The notes under the pieces were generated by a model. It searched no databases and was not told the DNA's origin. It saw only the letters and a program-made list of their open reading frames with translations. Positions 55,284 to 64,000 of a DNA stretch of 64,000 nucleotides are shown here, piece after piece (positions within the stretch are counted from its first letter, which is position 1; the number at the start of each line of letters is the position of its first letter). The position numbers and the translations under genes were made by a program. The DNA lies in NCBI RefSeq assembly GCF_009914755.1, contig NC_060932.1. One strand, given 5' to 3'. The stretch is from the human T2T-CHM13v2.0 reference genome, Homo sapiens.

Positions 55284-56659
55284 CTGTCTGTCTCCCTCTC
55301 TCTCCTCTCTCCCCTACCTTCCTTTTCTTCCCTCCTGTTTTTGGGAGGGAGCTCAGCCTCCCTTCACTGCCACTGCCCATCAGCATCCTCTCCCTATTCA
55401 GCCACCCCCACCCCCCATCCCTGGTATTAATTGACTTTGGCTCCTGTCCTGGAGCTCAGCCTGGCACCCAGACCTGCCGTGCTATACTAACACCTCTCAC
55501 ATGGTTAAACCAATGGGGGTGGCATTTAGCAGATGACGCTGAAACCCGTGAATCTGCCCTTTCTCACTGGGCCCTCACTGCTCTAGAGTCCCCGCCTCTT
55601 TTACGAAGCGGCTGTCATGGTTGATGGGTGAGTGTCAGGCCCCACCCAGGGACAGGGAGGCCCAGTGCCGGCTGTGGAGTTACCCAGACCTTACGGTAAA
55701 AACGCATCACCCTGAATGGGGGCCAGGCCAGGCATCGGCCCAAGCCGGCCCTGCCCAGCGGCTGGATTCTGACTCGCTGTGCCTTAGTCACAGGCCAGAG
55801 ACTCTTCTGCTTCCAGCTGAGGCTGTCCCCTGCCTTCCCTGGCGGCCCGGGTTCCTGGAAAAGCTGTGTGCCAGAGGACGGGAGTTTCCCTCCAACTTAA
55901 GCCATTAGAAAGCTCATTTATTGAGCACTTACTAAGTGTCAGAGACTGTGCTAGGCACTTTACATGAATCTTCTCATTTAATCCTTTTAATAAACTTCCG
56001 GGGCACATGCTCTTCTAATCTCCCTTTTACTGATGATGCAGGCTTGACAGTGGGAATGCTAACCGCAGAAAGCAGCTCACCTCACTTGGGTGCTACTGTG
56101 TGCCAAGTCCTGGGGTTAGCACCCAATAGCCCCGTGGCGGCATGCTGTTATTACTCTCCCTGCATAGGAGTGGGAGGCTGAGACCTGGGTGTTTCTGGGT
56201 GTCCCAGCTCCTGTATGCCATCTGCCTGTCCAGCCCTTAGCCACAAAGCTGTTGTGCCATGTGGGGAGATGCGGCCAGTTTCCCAGGTGAGGCTGGTCCT
56301 GCTTCAAGCGTGGGAGCTCCAACCACTGCTCCACGCTGCCTCCACTCCTGAACCTGAAGGTGGAGGAGTTTCCCACTGTCTCAAATAAGCACCGGGGCCC
56401 AGGGGTCACCAGGCTCAGATGGAATTTGCTTAAAGGACTCTTGGGAGAAAAGCTGATTGGGGGATGGGAAGAGACAGCTGGCAGTCACTTAGGAGACAGA
56501 TGTGTCACCAGAACTAAAGACTGACCTGGGAGGACTGACTTTCACCCAAAAGGGCCTGGGCTGGGAATTCTCCTTTATGTCTCCTTCCCTCACACTCAAG
56601 ATTCAGGTGCTCACAAGGAGCACCTTCGAGTGAGGAGGTGTAGGAGGGAGGATGGCTAA

Positions 56660-57052
<393 letters not shown>

Positions 57053-57478
57053 CCCCTGTCTTACTGAAGAGGGAACCGAGGCTTCCTTAGAGAGGGAGAG
57101 GACCCTCCTGGGAAACTTTCATCCCACCTGCTCCTTCTACCCCAGTGCACTGCTGGAGCTCAATATTCCTGAGGCAAAGCTCCCTGCACAGCAGTGTCCA
57201 CAGCCGTGTTGTTGTCATACCCGTGCACTAGCAGAGAGCTCAGGGGTAGGGCCCTGGGTAGGAAACCCAGGGCAAGGCCAGTGGGTAGAGTTGATGCAGG
57301 CCTCAGGCTGATCAAAAGGAAGACAGCGTCACAGCATGGATCTGACATCTGAGGGACGTCAGATCACAGAAAGGTCTTGAGATTAGAGCTGAATGAATAC
57401 CCCTAGGAGAAACTAAAAGGCGTGTAACAAAGGAGTACAATATCAACAGCAAGCCTCCCCCGGTCATTACATGCCTAG

Positions 57479-57970
<492 letters not shown>

Positions 57971-58496
57971 AAAAAACAGAATTCTTTCAATGTTGCTCTA
58001 GGAAATTTATTTTTAAAAAATGAATTTCCTTCTGCAATGCCTGGCTCACGACCGATTGTAGATCAAGAAACAGATCTTGGGCCTTTGCCACCCAAGCAGG
58101 TTCAGAAAGACTGCCCTGGCCTCCATGTGCCCAGGGAGGCCAGAGGAGCCCACAGTTTCACTGTCTCAGCAGAGCTGGAGGAACCTGTTAAACTGTCTAA
58201 GAAGCTAATAAAAAAATCCCAGTGAGATCATGTCTGTTAAAGCCCTTTGAGCTCCCTGAGCTCTGAGGCTGTCTTAACACTCACTGTCTCATTGCTTACT
58301 CAGCACAAATTTCCCCAGGGCTGCAAAGCCCCTTCCCTGTTTCCAGACCCCTGGTTTCCTCACTCATTTCATTTGATGCTTCCTTTACATCTTGAAGATC
58401 TGCCATTTTTTTCTTTAAACACCCTATTCTAGAAAGAACTGGCATGTTTTGGGTACCTATTTTGTGCTAAGTCTTTTTTCTCCATTGGCTTTATAG

Positions 58497-58920
<424 letters not shown>

Positions 58921-60134
58921 CGTGCCTGCATTTTTCAGGTCATTCTCTCCAGTAGGCAGAAGCTTCTCTGTCCTTCCTCAATGGGAGAACAAGGACCTGT
59001 CTGGAATTTGGCTCTGAACTGATGGTTATGGCACATTACTTATTCTTGCTTTGAAGGTCAGGCTGGGCAATCTCTGTCCTTTTGAATTGTCCTGGAGTAT
59101 CTTGGCCCCGATCTGCTGGGAGATCACCCTACTGCAACCTCCCTGTGCAGGAATGCTTTTACTGGACTCTGCATAAAATGAATGAACAGATAGATCTTGA
59201 TGTTGGAGATATCAGCCTGTAGATTGCCTGAGAACCTGACTCAAACCCCACTCTTGTCTCCATCTGCAAAAATCAGGCTCTTTGGAATACCTTTATCAGG
59301 GGATGGCCATAAAGATTGTTAGAAAAATAAATTATAATAGCTAACATTTATTTAGTATTTAGTATTATAGTAACGTTTATTTAGTATTTAGTATCAGAAA
59401 CCATTCTAAAGTTTGCTCTGGTAGCAACAGCACTATCCACACCCCTCCCAAATTAACCATGAGATAAATTGAACGGGTAATTTGCTTCCATTTTACAGAT
59501 AAAAAAGCTGAGACTGAAACTCTAACTTGCAGAATTGGGCTGAAACCCAGATCTCCTGAGATTAGGGAAGACATTCCCTTCTCCCTACTCCAAGAAATCT
59601 GTTGTGAGCTCATTTCTATGTGGACTTCCTAGATGACTGGAACATTTTTTTTCTTCTTTTCTTTCCTTTCCTCTTCTTTTCTTTTGTTTCCTTTTCTTTT
59701 CTTTTGCTACAGCTCACGTAGGTGCCTCGTTCATAATTTCTCCTTCCCAGTAGAATCCCAACTACAGAAGATACATACATAAATGCAAAGCATGGTCTAG
59801 GCAGGTTGGCTCCAGGACTTTGGAGAAAACGTGCACAAAACTTGAAATACTGATCATCTTGAATATCTCTTAATTACTAGCAGTAAGGCACAACCATATG
59901 CAAAAAGAAACCAAAACCATGGACTTTTGCCACTGCTTGACATTGCTCCAAGAAAAAACTTGCCTTTGAGGGTGAAGTTGACCTCCGTTACTCTTAAGTT
60001 TCCTTATGTGCCTCAGAATGTTATTTGAGAATCATTCTGAGGGATGACAGAGGCCTGCAATACCTATGTCTTAACTAGAACAGATGCTTTGTGATGAAAT
60101 TGTCTTGTTGTGGTTGTGTGACTGCTGTGACTGA

Positions 60135-60449
<315 letters not shown>

Positions 60450-60860
60450 AACAAGTACTCACTTCTACCTGTGGGTGTGGTTCAGCGCCCCCAGTGCCTC
60501 TCCCAGGTGGGAGTTGCCTGCCTTGAGCAGGTGAACAAACTGAGGCCCAGGGAGTGGCTTCCCCAAAGTCATACAGTGTAGAAGAAGGATTCGGGCCTCT
60601 GAGTTCGTGGATTCCTCCATGAAGCAATGACTGAGCTGCTGCTCTGCAACTGGTGCTCGGCTTGGTCCTGGGGGTCTGTGAGCTCTGTACCATGGGCCAG
60701 CGCTTTCTGTGTGCTGCCACATTTATCCTTTGCACCACCCTACAAGCCTGTCCTCCAGGTCCTCCATCCTTTATTCAAAACATTTAGGATGAATTATGTT
60801 TGGGAGTTTATCCTGTTTTGAGATTTTAGAAACGCAATACAGTACGCATATCATACTATG

Positions 60861-61258
60861 TGTTATGGGCTGAATTGTGTCTCTGCAAATTCACATGTTG
60901 AAGTCCTAGTGCCAAGGACCTCAGAATATGACTGGATTTGAAGGTAGGGCCTTTAAAGAGGTAATTAAGTTAGAATTAGGCTATTAGGGTGGGCCCTAAG
61001 CCAACTGGGCTAGAGTCCCTGTAAGAAGAGGAAATTTGGACAGAGACACCAGGATGCGCACACACAGAGGGAAGGCCATGTGTGGACACAGTGAAAAGAC
61101 AGCCATCTGCAAGCCAAAGAGAGGCCTCAGGAGACACCCAACTGCCAACACCTTCAACTTGATCTTCTGGCCTCCAGAATTATGAGAAAATAAATTTCTG
61201 TTGTTAAAGCCACCCAGTCTATACTCCTTTTTTATGGCAGCCCTAGCAGACCAATATA
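60861..61258 (+). mobile_element. MLT1B MaLR LTR
   Basis: tgttatgggctgaattgtgtc...ggcctttaaagaggtaattaagtta...gcagccctagca. TSD ctatg/ccgtg. Confidence 0.9.
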
Positions 61259-61428
61259 CCGTGTGTCTGGGGCAGTGCCTCTAACCAAGCCCAAAATTTC
61301 TACAGGGAAATATATTAATTTTCATAGTAAGTGGGATAAATAAAATCCATAAATAGCTTCATGGTAGTTCAGGTCAAGATACTAAGTTTCCAACACACAG
61401 TATAAGAGTTATGCCCAAGAGTCTGTAA

Positions 61429-61740
<312 letters not shown>

Positions 61741-62321
61741 GTAATATCATTTCTATTCTGCAAATAAAAAGCCAAGCTCCAAGAGGCTTAGTAATTTGCC
61801 CAAGATGCCCAATTAGTTTCTGCAAGGGCTAAATTTGTAGCTGGGTAGTTGGCCTCTAGGCCTTTGAATTTGCCTGTCATACTGTACCACCTCTTTGACA
61901 GAGATAGCCTGGGTTAGTGCCCTCTCAGAGCTTGGGGAGGTAGACAGGTACATCTACAACTATAGTATGTCACAATGGAGTGTGAGAAGGGCATCTGGGA
62001 CCCAAGCTCAAGGGGAAGAGCCTTGGCTTTGGCCCCAGCACTCAGCTGTTCCAGGTTGAGCCTTAGTGCTTGTTCCACAGGAAGGATGGTGCAGAGCCAG
62101 GCTGGCAGGGCTGGGGCTGGAGCTGAGGCTGAGAGGGGCCTGCCCCTCATCCATCCAGCACCATCAAAGGCCTTTCCTTGGCTGGCAAGAAGGGAGCTCT
62201 GAACAGTCTGCTCTGTCTTTCCATACTGTGTAGGGACAGATAGGGAGCTGTTGCAGGACAAAGAACTGCCACCTCTTTTCCAGGTTCCGTGGTGAAGGGA
62301 AGACACAGCTCTGCAGTTTAA

Positions 62322-62639
<318 letters not shown>

Positions 62640-63143
62640 AGTTTAATTTTTTTGTAAGTCTCATGTTTCTCTGCAAAACTTGAAAACAGGGTCTGCTTCA
62701 CACTTGAGCTAGAGCCCTCCTTTTAGCAGAAGCTTGTTCTTATTTTTTCATTTTTATTTTATCTTAAGAATGGCCTGTCATAGGCCTCATTATTATGGTA
62801 GGCACTATTATTACTATTATTATCATCATCACTATCATTATCACTTTTTATTCTCTCTAGTGATTAACCAGTCATCACTGGCCTAGCTTGCATGGTGGTT
62901 TAATGCTTTTCAAACAACTTTTCAACCACCATTTACCTCTACTTTAGCTACTAGTACCATCCCTATTTTGCACATGTGGAAGTGTAGGTTCAGAGATGCC
63001 AAGTCACTTGCCCCAGGTTGCACAGCTTGGGGATGGCAGGATCCACACTCTGCTCCCGAGCACTAGGAAAAGCACCATGATAGCCTGTGACATGAAGCCC
63101 TCTACAGACTCAAGTTTCAGGGGTGGTTTTAAACATGTCTTCT

Positions 63144-63497
<354 letters not shown>

Positions 63498-64000
63498 TTA
63501 TAGGTGAACAGACTGAGATACAGGAGGAGTCACTTGCCTAGGGCCAAACAGCTCGTTCCTCTTCAGGCCTTCCCGGTCCTGGGAGCGAGTGTTTCTCTTT
63601 GCCTTGGGAGGCTTTGCAGCTTGTGCTGCGCAGCTGATAGCACTGCAACCCCTGAACATGCACACACACACAAGGTGCACACAGGCATGCGCATGGCGGG
63701 GAGGTGTGGGTGCACTTTCCAGCTTCCCTGCCGTGCCTCGTTCTGCAGGGCAAGGCCGAGAAACAGCGGGCAGCCTGTGTGATATGGGGACAGACATGTT
63801 CTCAGATCTTGGCCATGGTTTCTAATTCCCTGGCACCAGAAGCCCTGCTGGGTGATCAAAGCTGAGTGCCCCTAACAGAAAGCAGAGAGGCACATGGGAA
63901 TGACAGGTGGTGAGGTGAAGGGAACACGGGCGTGGCATCAAACAGGATGGACAGAGTGGTTGGTTGGCTGATCTAAGTGTGGAGGAGGTTGTAAACTATT

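Noticed and set aside
60482-60500. CTCF-like motif (reverse GGCACTGGGGGCGCTG); similar near-matches at ~661 and ~53558
   Set aside because: Mismatches at core positions; not supportable without ChIP data.
60755-61420. Possible Tigger-like element flanking the MLT1B
   Set aside because: Resemblance too weak to name or bound without RepeatMasker.

Overview
Human (primate) genomic DNA with no credible conventional protein-coding gene. A 169-nt exon at 45363-45531 (+) matches the lncRNA PVT1 (8q24, MYC locus) as I recall its sequence, which places the window in the PVT1 introns downstream of the circPVT1 exon. It also holds a probable alternative terminal exon (38320 to ~38555), the antisense 138-aa TMEM75/LINC02912 ORF (53473-53889) and a GATA/KLF/AP-1/E-box motif cluster (4360-4900) resembling a distal MYC enhancer. 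Repeats include about 31 Alu elements/monomers (strongly antisense-biased), L1 fragments, MIR/L2, LTRs (LTR16C, MER31, MLT1B, MLT1E) and DNA transposons (MER58A, MER81, MER45A, MER20, Tigger-like). Most notable observations: (1) a polypyrimidine-AG|GTAAGT recursive-splice-like site 151 nt after the PVT1 exon, with a downstream donor defining a candidate RS-exon; (2) the TMEM75 ORF and a likely poly(A) signal lie in the two copies of a local ~320-bp MIR-containing duplication; (3) a repeat-spacer-like polypurine array next to the enhancer; (4) a near tail-to-tail inverted Alu pair; (5) unusual Alu structures. Gene and repeat-family names come from recognition/memory and need BLAT/RepeatMasker confirmation; repeat boundaries are approximate.
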